Origin: a virus
Direction: 5' to 3' (one strand)
DNA: 64,000 nucleotides
Virus record (IMG/VR): IMGVR_UViG_3300046820_003928
Span: 1 to 64,000 of that record
Each line of letters opens with the position of its first letter. Position 1 is the stretch's first letter. This document shows positions 20,337 through 29,756 of the stretch, one piece after another. A program made the translations under genes and the position numbers. Below the pieces are notes generated by a model. The model saw only the letters and a program-made list of their open reading frames with translations, searched no databases and was not told where the DNA came from.

Positions 20337-20846
20337 TTATCCCAAGCCTCCTGATCTAATTATCTTCCTAAGATCCTCAGCGGTTATTTTCTTGCCACCA
20401 ACTGTGCCAACAAACTCCTCTTTGATGGGCTTTGGGGCTGCCGGCTTGTTTGACTGAGATTCTATAATGTGATCTTCTCTCTGAGAAGGAGATGCAACAA
20501 TTGATGCGCTGACTCCCAGCTTCTTTTGGACAGGCCTTGTGACAGACTCAGCTGTGACCCTTACAGACTCTTCGAAGCTCGCGTCAAAAGTTAGGGGAGT
20601 GAAATATCTGTCTTCTACCATCACTTCAAGGCTTGCTTTGTAATTACCTTCCTTAATAATGTTCTTCATGGTAGGAATGACAAAGGCAACCTCTCCTGCA
20701 GAAGCCTGTTGCCCCTTGAACGAGTAAGATAGAGATCTATCTTCGAATACTAGGCGATACCTTGGGGTACCGGGCTTTGATCCCTCGATTGAGACGTTAA
20801 AGCGAAGCTCGTTATCCTGATCAAGGTAAAGGGAAATATCACTCAT
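20337..20846 (-). CDS. Hypothetical protein (beta-rich N-terminus)
   Basis: 169 aa; tiles the operon. Confidence 0.75.
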   Translation of the reverse strand: MSDISLYLDQDNELRFNVSIEGSKPGTPRYRLVFEDRSLSYSFKGQQASAGEVAFVIPTMKNIIKEGNYKASLEVMVEDRYFTPLTFDASFEESVRVTAESVTRPVQKKLGVSASIVASPSQREDHIIESQSNKPAAPKPIKEEFVGTVGGKKITAEDLRKIIRSGGLG

Positions 20847-21210
20847 CTGACTCTCTTATGATTCTATGTTCACCAATAACTATTCTATATGGGTTGCTCT
20901 TCCTAGAAATTTGATCAGTGAGAGAAACTCCAATCTTTATCTTCTTGTCGTAGATGAGACGTGTGATCTTGTTGAAGAGAGGATTCGAAAGGGGCCTGCT
21001 ATTGACCTCTTGCAATATTGCAGCAAGCTTGTATATTTCTATGCCGTCATCAAAATCATAGGGAGCACCGTCGCCCTTAAGGGCTTCCCTTATCGCCTCT
21101 ATTATCTGGAAATATTCAACAGCGCCCATTACAGCAAGACCGGGCTCGAGAAGCTTTTCTTGTCCCATTCCCATTGTAACGATAAGCGGATTTCCTAGCG
21201 AAATCTGCAT
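20839..21210 (-). CDS. Hypothetical protein
   Basis: 123 aa; tiles the operon. Confidence 0.7.
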   Translation of the reverse strand: MQISLGNPLIVTMGMGQEKLLEPGLAVMGAVEYFQIIEAIREALKGDGAPYDFDDGIEIYKLAAILQEVNSRPLSNPLFNKITRLIYDKKIKIGVSLTDQISRKSNPYRIVIGEHRIIRESDE

Positions 21211-21211
21211 G

Positions 21212-21679
21212 CTATGTTACTCTATTCCTGTGAAAAACTGACAAATAGCTGGGATCGTTATTTTTGTCCCTTAGATCAAATCGCGCAACCTCTGTAGAAT
21301 TGTCATGCTTGTAGAATATCATCTGAAAATTATCGTGATCAATTACCCATCGACCCCCGATCATGTCTTTGACAAACTCAAGGTCCGCTGAAAGGAATGC
21401 TGCTGAGTCTGTGTAGTTTATTTCTTCAGAAGCGTAGACTGTTGAACCCCCATTGCCAGTATCCCACAGTATTGTGCCGCTGAAGCTTTCGGGTATTGTA
21501 ATCTCAGCACCGTAAATTCCCGTAGTTGAGCCTACCTCATAGACACCCGATGTAGTCCTCGGAGAGATAACAGACCCAGCAGACCCAAAGAGCGTGTATC
21601 CTACAGTAAGGAGACCCGCTTTTGTCTTGCCAAAATTAGCTGTCTTGATTGTCGTCGGCATCGTAAGATCCTTCCGCAA
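21212..21679 (-). CDS. Hypothetical protein, probably structural
   Basis: 155 aa, G/T/S-rich. Confidence 0.7.
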   Translation of the reverse strand: MRKDLTMPTTIKTANFGKTKAGLLTVGYTLFGSAGSVISPRTTSGVYEVGSTTGIYGAEITIPESFSGTILWDTGNGGSTVYASEEINYTDSAAFLSADLEFVKDMIGGRWVIDHDNFQMIFYKHDNSTEVARFDLRDKNNDPSYLSVFHRNRVT

Positions 21680-22163
21680 GCCCTGGTGTGGTTGCGTAAT
21701 TTCTTATGTCTTTAAGCTTGTGTGGTCGAGATCCAGATTTTCTTCTCTTTTCTAGCTCTCCTGCCATCTGGAGCTCCTGGATCTCTTTTGCTTTTTTTAT
21801 TTCAGAATCAAAAGATGAGCTTGTCTGTGAAAACTTTCCAAGGCTAAAATCCAAAGCCTCGATAAATCCAGTCAGCCTTTTGATTTCATCGTTTGTTTGC
21901 TGGATAACTGCAGATATTCTCTGATCAAGCTCGAGAATGTCTTTCTCGTATGATTCAGAGATTATTCCAGCAGCTTTATTCTTCTTGATAATCTCTTGCA
22001 AAGACAATCGAATTCCGCTTGAAAATTCAGATATGTATGAAACTCTCAGAGCGAGAGAGTCTCTTCTCTGCTTTGCAGCGATCAGGGGTTGTGAAATCTC
22101 AGCAGAAATCGATGTCAGCGCACTTTCTAATGCTTTTTTTACAATATCTTCTGTCATAGTCAA
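21636..22163 (-). CDS. Coiled-coil hypothetical protein
   Basis: 175 aa; GATAGTTA motif immediately upstream. Confidence 0.7.
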   Translation of the reverse strand: MTMTEDIVKKALESALTSISAEISQPLIAAKQRRDSLALRVSYISEFSSGIRLSLQEIIKKNKAAGIISESYEKDILELDQRISAVIQQTNDEIKRLTGFIEALDFSLGKFSQTSSSFDSEIKKAKEIQELQMAGELEKRRKSGSRPHKLKDIRNYATTPGLAEGSYDADDNQDS

Positions 22164-22182
22164 TTGTAACTTAACTATCTAG

Positions 22183-22218
22183 AAAATAAAAGGGGCGGAG
22201 CCCCGAAGAGCTCCGCCC
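22183..22218 (-). terminator. Intrinsic terminator with cUUCGg tetraloop
   Basis: GGGCGGAGCTC-TTCG-GGGCTCCGCCC followed by CTTTTATTTT. Confidence 0.9.
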
Positions 22219-22252
22219 AAAGAATCACGGGATTAGACCGTGATAGCCCAAA

Positions 22253-24193
22253 CTAGGCCTTCTGGACCACGACCACATCACCCTCTTGGAGGGCAAACTT
22301 GAATGCAAGGGTCTTGGCGACTTCGTCGAGTGTGAAGTCGGAATCGTCCATCATGAGCTGTCCGTTGACGAAGATCATCGCATTGGCTGCGCTGAGCTCA
22401 TCCAGGAAGTTCGATGTCAACGAGGCCTGCATTGCAGCGTCAGCAGCAAATCCGCCGGCACCAACAGTGTGGGTTGCCTTCTTGGACGAAGACAGGGCTG
22501 TTGACCTGAGCTCGTTGAGGGCGCCCATGATTGTGGTGGCAGTGAATCCGACGAGTGAGGCGGTGCCGAGGGAGATTGACTTGCCTGCGTCGTACTCGAA
22601 GACGATGGAATCGCCTGCGAGTCCGGCGTGGAGGACAAGACCTTCGCCGCTGGAATCAACGTAGTTGTCGGAGCCATCGAGCTTGACCTGCGCGAACTGG
22701 GGCGAAGCACCAGTGTGGATGTCCTGGGGAAGGCTGAGAACTACGTTACCGAAGGCGCCTGCAGCAAGCTGGACCTGATTGACAGTTCCAGTGACGAAGT
22801 CCATGATTCCAGCAGAGACCAGGAGGCCCGAGGCTGCATTGGTCTTCACCAGACGGTTTGCAGTGAGGTCACCCAGCACAAGGCTGTCGAACTCTACGTC
22901 TGCATCGGTGTGGATGGACTGGGGCAGGCTGAGGGTGATGGTTCCATCTGCATCATCTGCAACGCTGACCTGGTTGGCAGTTCCAGCAACCCAGTTTGCA
23001 AGGTTGGCAACAGAAACTGTGTTCTTGTCTGCGTCAGAAGCCATCAAGCGGGTAGCTGTGAGGCTTGAGAACTTCGCCTTGACGAACTCAGGTGAGGCGC
23101 CAGCGTGAATGTCCTGGGGTCCAGACAGAGTTACTGTGCCATTTGCATTTCCAGTTACAGAAACGCGGTTGAGTGTGCCAGTGACGTAGTCAGCAGCAGC
23201 TGCGTTGATCAGCTTGCCAGAGGGATCGTGCTGGACGAGACGGATGTTGCCCTGGAGGTTGCCGAAGCTTCCCGAGGGGGCGAACATCTGGTGTGAGAAC
23301 TCCCAGCGAGCGTTGGCCTGGCTCCAGGTGAGCCTCTTGTCGCCTGCATCAGACGAAAGAGCGATACCTGCGCCGTTAAGGGACGCACCTGATGCACCAG
23401 AGGCGATGACGATGAGCGTGTCTTCGACAGCAAGCTCAGTGGTGTTCAGGATGGTCTTCGTTCCCTGGACGATGAAGTTACCCATGACTGTGAGGTCATC
23501 AGCAACGACAACGTCTGCACTGAAGGTTGATCCGTTGACTGTGAGAACGCTTGAGCCGTAGGTCATGTTCGCATCGTCGACGAGAGCGCCATCAGCGCCA
23601 GCGTAGACAACGCGAGTTGCAGTCAGGTCAGAGACCTTGGCAGAGGGGACAATCAGGTCAGATCCGTTGAAGGCGAGCGAAGCAGTGCCGACGAGGGCGC
23701 CAGAGGCACCAGCGTAGACAATGTGCGTAGCTGTAAGATCGGAAACCTTGGCAGAAGCCATGGTAAGATCTGTGCCATCGAAGACGAGGTTTGCGCTGTC
23801 AACGAGCTCACCAGCGGCGCCAGCGTAGACAACACGACCTGACGTGAGGTCCTTGACGTTGAGGGAGGCCGCTGTGGCCTGGCCGTCAACTTTGAATGTG
23901 CCTGCAACTGTGCCTGAACCGACGATTGCGATGTCCTTCTTGATTGAAAGCTCGGTTGCACCAGAGGCGTCAATGTGAGCAGCAAGGTCAACGATCTGGA
24001 CCTTGGCATACTCGCCTGCGATCTCTTCCTTGTAGTCAGCAGCACCGATGATGTCCTTGACCTGACCACGAAGGGCTTCGAGGTCAATAGCGAGAGAGCC
24101 AAGTCCGTCCTCGGACTTGATCTGCTCTGCACGCATCTTTGTCATCGAGCCAGTGGGCTGGAGGGATAGAGCCTGATAATTTTTGTTAGCCAT
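22253..24193 (-). CDS. Repeat-rich fibre or decoration-like virion protein
   Basis: 646 aa, A/G/S/T/V-rich, internal repeats, visibly C-ending codon bias, strong GGAG RBS. Confidence 0.75.
   Translation of the reverse strand: MANKNYQALSLQPTGSMTKMRAEQIKSEDGLGSLAIDLEALRGQVKDIIGAADYKEEIAGEYAKVQIVDLAAHIDASGATELSIKKDIAIVGSGTVAGTFKVDGQATAASLNVKDLTSGRVVYAGAAGELVDSANLVFDGTDLTMASAKVSDLTATHIVYAGASGALVGTASLAFNGSDLIVPSAKVSDLTATRVVYAGADGALVDDANMTYGSSVLTVNGSTFSADVVVADDLTVMGNFIVQGTKTILNTTELAVEDTLIVIASGASGASLNGAGIALSSDAGDKRLTWSQANARWEFSHQMFAPSGSFGNLQGNIRLVQHDPSGKLINAAAADYVTGTLNRVSVTGNANGTVTLSGPQDIHAGASPEFVKAKFSSLTATRLMASDADKNTVSVANLANWVAGTANQVSVADDADGTITLSLPQSIHTDADVEFDSLVLGDLTANRLVKTNAASGLLVSAGIMDFVTGTVNQVQLAAGAFGNVVLSLPQDIHTGASPQFAQVKLDGSDNYVDSSGEGLVLHAGLAGDSIVFEYDAGKSISLGTASLVGFTATTIMGALNELRSTALSSSKKATHTVGAGGFAADAAMQASLTSNFLDELSAANAMIFVNGQLMMDDSDFTLDEVAKTLAFKFALQEGDVVVVQKA
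23570..23880 (-). repeat. Three tandem 37-aa (111-bp) repeats within the fibre gene
   Basis: AGCGTAGACAA recurs at about 23600, 23711 and 23822; peptide unit (S)AKVSDLTAT.VVYAGA.GALV. Confidence 0.85.
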
Positions 24194-24334
24194 TTTAGTT
24201 TTCTCCAGTTAATGAAAAGCTCACGCTATGACGTCACGCATGAGTCCAAACTCTAACTAATCTATAGAAACTAAATGAACTGTAACTCGGAAAATCTTCC
24301 CGACAAGCTAATTATGCTTTCAAAAAAATATTAT

Positions 24335-24571
24335 TCAATTCTTTTTAGAGTAGATCATCTTTTTTAGAGACTTAAGATGGGCATCAAAAGTACTGAATTC
24401 TCCTGATAGAAACTCCAATAGCAAATCATCGCACCTGGAGTCCGGATCATCAAACACAAATTGAAACTTTCCTGTTGCTCCCTTGGATGCACTTATCATC
24501 TTAATACCGCGCATCTTGAGATATGCTGCAACTGGCAACTCAGAAGTCGTGTATGTCACATTGTTTTCCAT
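24335..24571 (-). CDS. Small hypothetical protein (DUF5659-like)
   Basis: YTTSELPVAAYL...G...FQFVF pattern; family call is tentative. Confidence 0.55.
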   Translation of the reverse strand: MENNVTYTTSELPVAAYLKMRGIKMISASKGATGKFQFVFDDPDSRCDDLLLEFLSGEFSTFDAHLKSLKKMIYSKKN

Positions 24572-24600
24572 TATACCCTAAATATCAATCAGGCTGTTAT

Positions 24601-25659
24601 TTAAGACACATAGGAGTATGTTGCCAAAAAAATATCTTCAGAATTGACGAAGGGTGCCAGGAACTGGACGCTAGATCCTGAAAGGATGTAATCAGTATTT
24701 TGAGTTAAAAGTTGGCCATTCATGAAGAGCATCAGAGACTGTGCAGGATTCGGGACCTGATTCAAGCTGACTCCAAGGGATCCCGATACTGAAACAATCG
24801 AGGCAGACTCATTAAGGACAAACTGCTTGACTGTTACTGACTTCTGGTACATACAGATCAAGATGTCGTTGGGATCCGGAGAGAACCCAGTGAAACTAAT
24901 TGTCCGACCAGAAACAGAAAAATCTCGATTGCGTCCCTGTGTAAGAAGCTGTCCGTTCAGCCACATCATGACGCCAGCGGTATTCGTAGGATCCGAGCTT
25001 AGTGTAAATTCTCGATTAGATCCATCAATCAGCCCAATAGGTGTCTCATTCAAGACTAGCTCAGTAAGCACTCCTGGTGAAGCAGCTATCGTTATCTGGC
25101 CAGTAGATCCCGTTGAAATTGAAATTCCAGGCCCAGCAGCAAGGTAAGAAGAACCATCAACAAGTCTTGTAAGAGAACCTGTTATTCCTTCGTGGAATAT
25201 CGAAGGAGACATAACTTCAAGAGGAGATCCTCCAGTTAGAACACCCTCTATCAGTACGTTTCCATCAAAGACTACGTTACCGCCGACAACAAGATTAGAG
25301 CTGCTGGCAAGAGAATCCAAAGTAAGAACGTCGCTAGATAGAGATATCTCGATTGATCCGTTTGATCCAGTTGAGATATCTAGTCCACTCATTCCGAGGA
25401 TATAAGGGCTCCCGTCTTCAAGAGACTGAAGAGACCCAGTGAGTCCACTTGAAAACAAGACGGGGCCGGTAAAAACCGACCCAGTTAGAGCTGCTACAAC
25501 ATTAAAATCATTTTGAACTACAAGGAGATTTCCAATTTGTTCTCTTAGTATTCCACCCTGTGTAGAAAGTTGAAGCTCATTTTCAAAAACACCTCCTGAC
25601 CCCGAATATACAATAACTGGAGAAAGGAGGTGTTCATCTACTACTCTATTTGCTGGCAT
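24601..25659 (-). CDS. Fibre-like virion protein with internal duplications
   Basis: Two GxTGSL..L.DGS.Y...G..ISTGS.G.I.I units and two NGQLLTQ..D[FY] units. Confidence 0.7.
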   Translation of the reverse strand: MPANRVVDEHLLSPVIVYSGSGGVFENELQLSTQGGILREQIGNLLVVQNDFNVVAALTGSVFTGPVLFSSGLTGSLQSLEDGSPYILGMSGLDISTGSNGSIEISLSSDVLTLDSLASSSNLVVGGNVVFDGNVLIEGVLTGGSPLEVMSPSIFHEGITGSLTRLVDGSSYLAAGPGISISTGSTGQITIAASPGVLTELVLNETPIGLIDGSNREFTLSSDPTNTAGVMMWLNGQLLTQGRNRDFSVSGRTISFTGFSPDPNDILICMYQKSVTVKQFVLNESASIVSVSGSLGVSLNQVPNPAQSLMLFMNGQLLTQNTDYILSGSSVQFLAPFVNSEDIFLATYSYVS

Positions 25660-25702
25660 ACTTGCAGGCTCTTCTTTTTACTATAAACAGCCTGCTTAAG
25701 TA

Positions 25703-26653
25703 TTAAATGCCTCGAGAATTCTTGTAATTGGTAACAATCTGATCAATGTCACCAAGAATCTCATTCCAGAGCTCACGGAAGTGAGGAACTCCACCATCTG
25801 TTCCATTCATGTCATCACGAGTAGCCTGATAGATTGTATCATTTGGATGATAGGTAAGATGCTTCTCGCTGTCCTCGTCGGGCCAATAGAGATTTGTTCC
25901 GGTTCCGTTACGGAACGTCTTGATGTAATGCCAGGCAGGCTCCTTAAGATTGATCGCCACGTGAGCCTCAGGAAAAACCTTGAGAATCTCACGAGCCATG
26001 AGGGCTGCAATGATGTTGTCCTCTTCGGGCTGGATCTGCTTGTCCTGACGCTGCTTGATGAATCCAAAAGCATCGCGGATGTTCATGCGCATGTAATAGA
26101 AAGTTTCTAGGCACTTAGGCAGGACGTGTCGAGCATCCATAAGACTGATCTGCTTGGAATCAACCATGTCAACATAGAGCTGCTTCGCTTCCTTGACGTG
26201 ACGTTTCCACCGATCGTAGAACTCAGGGCTGTTCTGGATAGATCCCGGTACAAGACTGCGCTCGTGAGAAAGCCAGCGATCACCTGTGCACTGTGCAGCA
26301 AAAGAGCCTGCACGATGACGGATGAGGTGAGTTACTGTCTGCGTATCGATACCTCCAACAAGGAAGGTAAGACCAATAAGCTCCATCGCTGCAGGAAGCG
26401 CACGACCTGCAAAGACGTCTTCAAGGGTCTTGCTAAGATCAGCATCTGTTGCTTCTGCATATGGAACATGCTTGTCTGCCCAGGTAGACTTAACGAAGCA
26501 ATAAACAGCCTGTCGAATGGTCTTTGGATCTGGACTATCTACAAGCTCGATCTTTAGTGCATCGAGGCTATTAACGAACTCAGTTGTTGGCTTCTCGTCA
26601 AAACGAATTGCCATGGGAAGGGTGATTGGCTTAAGATCAAGGCTTTGTGGCAA
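25703..26653 (-). CDS. Divergent ThyX-like flavoprotein (paralogue)
   Basis: HLIRHRAGSFAAQCTGDR (RHR-x7-S motif with C in place of S), DARHVLP, late R..KQIQPE. Confidence 0.8.
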   Translation of the reverse strand: MPQSLDLKPITLPMAIRFDEKPTTEFVNSLDALKIELVDSPDPKTIRQAVYCFVKSTWADKHVPYAEATDADLSKTLEDVFAGRALPAAMELIGLTFLVGGIDTQTVTHLIRHRAGSFAAQCTGDRWLSHERSLVPGSIQNSPEFYDRWKRHVKEAKQLYVDMVDSKQISLMDARHVLPKCLETFYYMRMNIRDAFGFIKQRQDKQIQPEEDNIIAALMAREILKVFPEAHVAINLKEPAWHYIKTFRNGTGTNLYWPDEDSEKHLTYHPNDTIYQATRDDMNGTDGGVPHFRELWNEILGDIDQIVTNYKNSRGI

Positions 26654-26661
26654 GTTTTCTC

Positions 26662-27579
26662 CTATGAAAGATTATCGATGATTTGTAGCAGGTTTTCAAC
26701 CAAGATTACACCTTTTTGCTGATGTAGAGCAGTGTTGTATGGCTGAATGGGACTAAATGTCTTGAGACCATGCGAGGCAAATTCAGCAGCATGCTTAGGG
26801 GAGTCATCAACACAAAATGCCACATGTCCAGAGAATTTAGACTGAATGATCCATCTAAACTTCTCGCCGCTGAATGCTAGATCGTCAAAATAGATGCTGG
26901 ATTCCTGTAACCATCTTGCAGTATCAAAAAGACAAAGTGGATTATCTGCAGGTCGAGCAGTAAGAATCTGAACCCAGTAGCCCATGTCTCGAAGAGCATG
27001 TGTGAATCTTACTGCATGATGATCGACTCCCAGACTTCTAAGCTTGCGCTCAGAGATGAAATCCTTGAATAGCTGTTCAGTGTTGTGCCCAAGCTCTTGT
27101 GCAGCTGATGCTGCATAATACTCAGGACAATCATAGGAGATCGTTACACCTTTTGTCTCAGACAGCCAATCAAAAAATCCCTTTCGAAACTCGGCAATCA
27201 CATCATCCATGTCAAGGATAACAACAGGTCGACCATCCCACTGACGCTGAGCTAGCGTGTGCCTAAAGTGAAGATACGCATCTTTGTCATCAAATGCCTC
27301 CTTAAACTCTTCCTGATCGATCTTCCAGACATTCATGATTGCCATCAAGTATCTGAGGACATCAACGCTCTCATAGAGGATCTTTGTCCTGTCTGGCATC
27401 TTTCTATCTGAATGATGCTCCTTAAAGTTAATTGAAGATATCAGATCTGAGACCTCTGAATGAAGTTCAAGAGCAAATGATTTGGTCATCTGCTCTCGAT
27501 CTGTATCTGTGAACTTTGTGCTATCGAAGAAGAGATCAGAAAAAGACTTCTGTCTCTCTAGCATGTCCTTTAGCTTCAC
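26662..27579 (-). CDS. All-alpha NTP pyrophosphatase (MazG/dUTPase-like) fused to a HAD 5'-nucleotidase
   Basis: N-terminal ELHSEVSDL...YESVDVLRY; C-terminal ILDMDDVI, ILTARP, K, VDDSP (HAD motifs I-IV). Confidence 0.8.
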   Translation of the reverse strand: MKLKDMLERQKSFSDLFFDSTKFTDTDREQMTKSFALELHSEVSDLISSINFKEHHSDRKMPDRTKILYESVDVLRYLMAIMNVWKIDQEEFKEAFDDKDAYLHFRHTLAQRQWDGRPVVILDMDDVIAEFRKGFFDWLSETKGVTISYDCPEYYAASAAQELGHNTEQLFKDFISERKLRSLGVDHHAVRFTHALRDMGYWVQILTARPADNPLCLFDTARWLQESSIYFDDLAFSGEKFRWIIQSKFSGHVAFCVDDSPKHAAEFASHGLKTFSPIQPYNTALHQQKGVILVENLLQIIDNLS

Positions 27580-27588
27580 TAATCCCTC

Positions 27589-27963
27589 TTAGTACTTGGA
27601 TCTAATCCTATCATGAATGATTCGATCTTTACTAACGTAAGCATCAAAAAGCTCATCGGGTGTCACACCCATAATGATTAGAAGAGAAATAAAATAATTA
27701 AAAGAATCAACCATCTCTTCTTTGAATGCTGATCTGTCAAATTCCTTGATCTCCGTCTGTCTGTGTGACTTTGCATTCTTTAGCTCTTGAACCGCCTCAA
27801 AGACCTCTTCAACTCCCCTGAGGGCGAGATCTCTAAGGTGTTGCTGCGTTTGCTTGTCTGTAAGATCGATTGGCATCTCAGGATAGACGTCTGGAACATG
27901 AGCTTGCAAAGCCCTCATAAAGGACTGTCTAAGCTCAAACATCTGGTCGAGCTTATCCTTCAA
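27589..27963 (-). CDS. Dimeric all-alpha dUTPase/dCTPase-like pyrophosphatase
   Basis: EEVFEA...K.H...KEEMVDSFNYF...Y.SK..IIHDR. Confidence 0.8.
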   Translation of the reverse strand: MKDKLDQMFELRQSFMRALQAHVPDVYPEMPIDLTDKQTQQHLRDLALRGVEEVFEAVQELKNAKSHRQTEIKEFDRSAFKEEMVDSFNYFISLLIIMGVTPDELFDAYVSKDRIIHDRIRSKY

Positions 27964-27964
27964 T

Positions 27965-28201
27965 TTATTCCTCTAGCTCAACGGGTGGAGACATTGCTGC
28001 AATTGCAGCGATCATCTTGTTGATGTTCTGATCGAAGCTAGCGAGGTACTCAGGGTCTGGAGAAAGAGTTCCGCCACCATCGACAACGACTCGCAGTGTC
28101 CTTAGATTGTCAACAATATCAGTTCCTGAAAGGATTGCAATCTGTAGAAGTCTTGCAATCTGTCCAATTGTGTCGTCCGAAAGCTTGTATGAATTTGCCA
28201 T
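27965..28201 (-). CDS. Hypothetical protein (78 aa)
   Basis: Tiles the operon. Confidence 0.75.
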   Translation of the reverse strand: MANSYKLSDDTIGQIARLLQIAILSGTDIVDNLRTLRVVVDGGGTLSPDPEYLASFDQNINKMIAAIAAMSPPVELEE

Positions 28202-28212
28202 TTTTATTTTCC

Positions 28213-29010
28213 TTATTTTTGAATTTCTGGTACCCAGAACGTTGTCCGCCCGTCTTCAGTCGTCTCTCTCTTGATCTCTCTTCCGTCTGGGTCCTTGATT
28301 TGATTGTAGACTGCGAAACGTCTACTGTAATCTCCCTTTTTCCCATCAAATCCAGAAAACGTGTAGATAGTAGCCCCTCCAGTCTCATATGACTTACGGA
28401 TCACTGTCTTTATAACCCTGTTAAGAGTTTCTAGTTCTTTTCTAGATAGATCTAATGCATTTCTATAGGGATTAATCTTACTGAAGTAAAGGCACTCTGA
28501 TTTAAGATAGTTTCCTACTCCAGAGATAATAGACTGATCCATAAGAGTTGCAGCGATAGTCTTTTTACTTTTTCTAATTCTCTTCTCAAAGACTTCATCT
28601 TCTACATCTTCAGATAGCATATCAGGACCAAGAGAAGACAGTTTAGAAGAAAGAAGACTTTTTTGCGTGACCAGTTTTATGGTCCCAAAATTTCTCGTAT
28701 CGTTGAAATAGATCTCTCCTCCGCCGTCAAGACAAAATCGAACTCTACTGTGCTTTGTCTGGTTCTCAGACCAACCACCTGTCATTCCAAGAGTATTGAA
28801 GATGTGTAAATCGTCTTCCAAAGAAACAAAGATAAACTTTCCCTTACAGCCAATCTCAGTCACTTTAACAGGGAGCTTTAGATTCTCCCATCCATCAGGA
28901 TTCTTCTTTGTGTATCTCCCACTCAGAAGTTGAGCATTGACAATTGTTCGACCCAGCATCTTGCTGCTAAGGCCATCAGTTACGACTTTCGTCTCTGGTC
29001 CCTCTGGCAA
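28213..29010 (-). CDS. mutM: Fpg/Nei-family DNA glycosylase/AP lyase, zincless finger
   Basis: N-terminal PEGPE, KGKF, LGMTG, DTRNFG, LGPD, H2TH motif LMDQ..ISGVGNY; GRTTFW without zinc cysteines. Confidence 0.93.
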   Translation of the reverse strand: MPEGPETKVVTDGLSSKMLGRTIVNAQLLSGRYTKKNPDGWENLKLPVKVTEIGCKGKFIFVSLEDDLHIFNTLGMTGGWSENQTKHSRVRFCLDGGGEIYFNDTRNFGTIKLVTQKSLLSSKLSSLGPDMLSEDVEDEVFEKRIRKSKKTIAATLMDQSIISGVGNYLKSECLYFSKINPYRNALDLSRKELETLNRVIKTVIRKSYETGGATIYTFSGFDGKKGDYSRRFAVYNQIKDPDGREIKRETTEDGRTTFWVPEIQK

Positions 29011-29011
29011 T

Positions 29012-29716
29012 TTAAATTCTCCCTTTGTTTTTGTGAAATTTTTTTAATGATTCTGATATTTTCAGCTTTTGTTCATCGGTCATTTTGTTTCCCTGATTTG
29101 AAGAATGAGATGGTCCTCCTCTTCGAATCATCCCCAAAATAACGTGATGGCCGGTGTCAAAAAGCAATCCTATTTTAGATGCTGACATTCCAGATTCGTA
29201 CAATTCTTTAATTCGCAAATAGTCTTCATATAAAATCTTTTTGGGCTCCCTTCTCTTGCTATAGAACTCGGATCCTGCTAGTTCAAGACCCTTATTCCAC
29301 GGTATTCTGCCTTTTGCAGCATTAGTGACATTTTCTCTCCACTTAGGAGGAAGTCCTGTGTCACCGTAGACATCTTTCATTCTCTCTCTTATCTTTTCTT
29401 TTGTCTCATCTGTGTGCTTGTCGCCTGCACCCATTCCTCCGGTATCATTGCTTGCATTGTAGAAATCTGATGAATTTTTGCAATCAAATTTTAGAAGCCA
29501 TTCTTTTTCAAGATCAATTGCTTCTCTCAGCGATGCTGCATCAGGAAGCTCTTGTAAGATCTCGCGTTTAAAGCTTTCTTTTCCATACTTCTTGATTGCT
29601 TGCTTGAGAAAGACACCAGATCCAAGATACCCAGAATCCCACCTTTCATCTTTGGAACATCTACCAACGTACTTTTTTCCATTGATAAGATTTGTTGTCA
29701 TGTATATTCTGTGCAT
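29012..29716 (-). mobile_element. Free-standing GIY-YIG homing endonuclease with NUMOD3-like motifs
   Basis: IYMTTNLINGKKYVG, YLGSG, FYN; HTDETKEKI and MTDEQKLKISES. Confidence 0.85.
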
Positions 29717-29756
29717 TTATCCTCCTGACAATAGATATCTATGCCCGAGGGTTTTG

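Noticed and set aside
22700-23900. Periodic repeats as a CRISPR array or DGR
   Set aside because: The repeats are in-frame, degenerate protein repeats; no spacers, cas genes or reverse transcriptase
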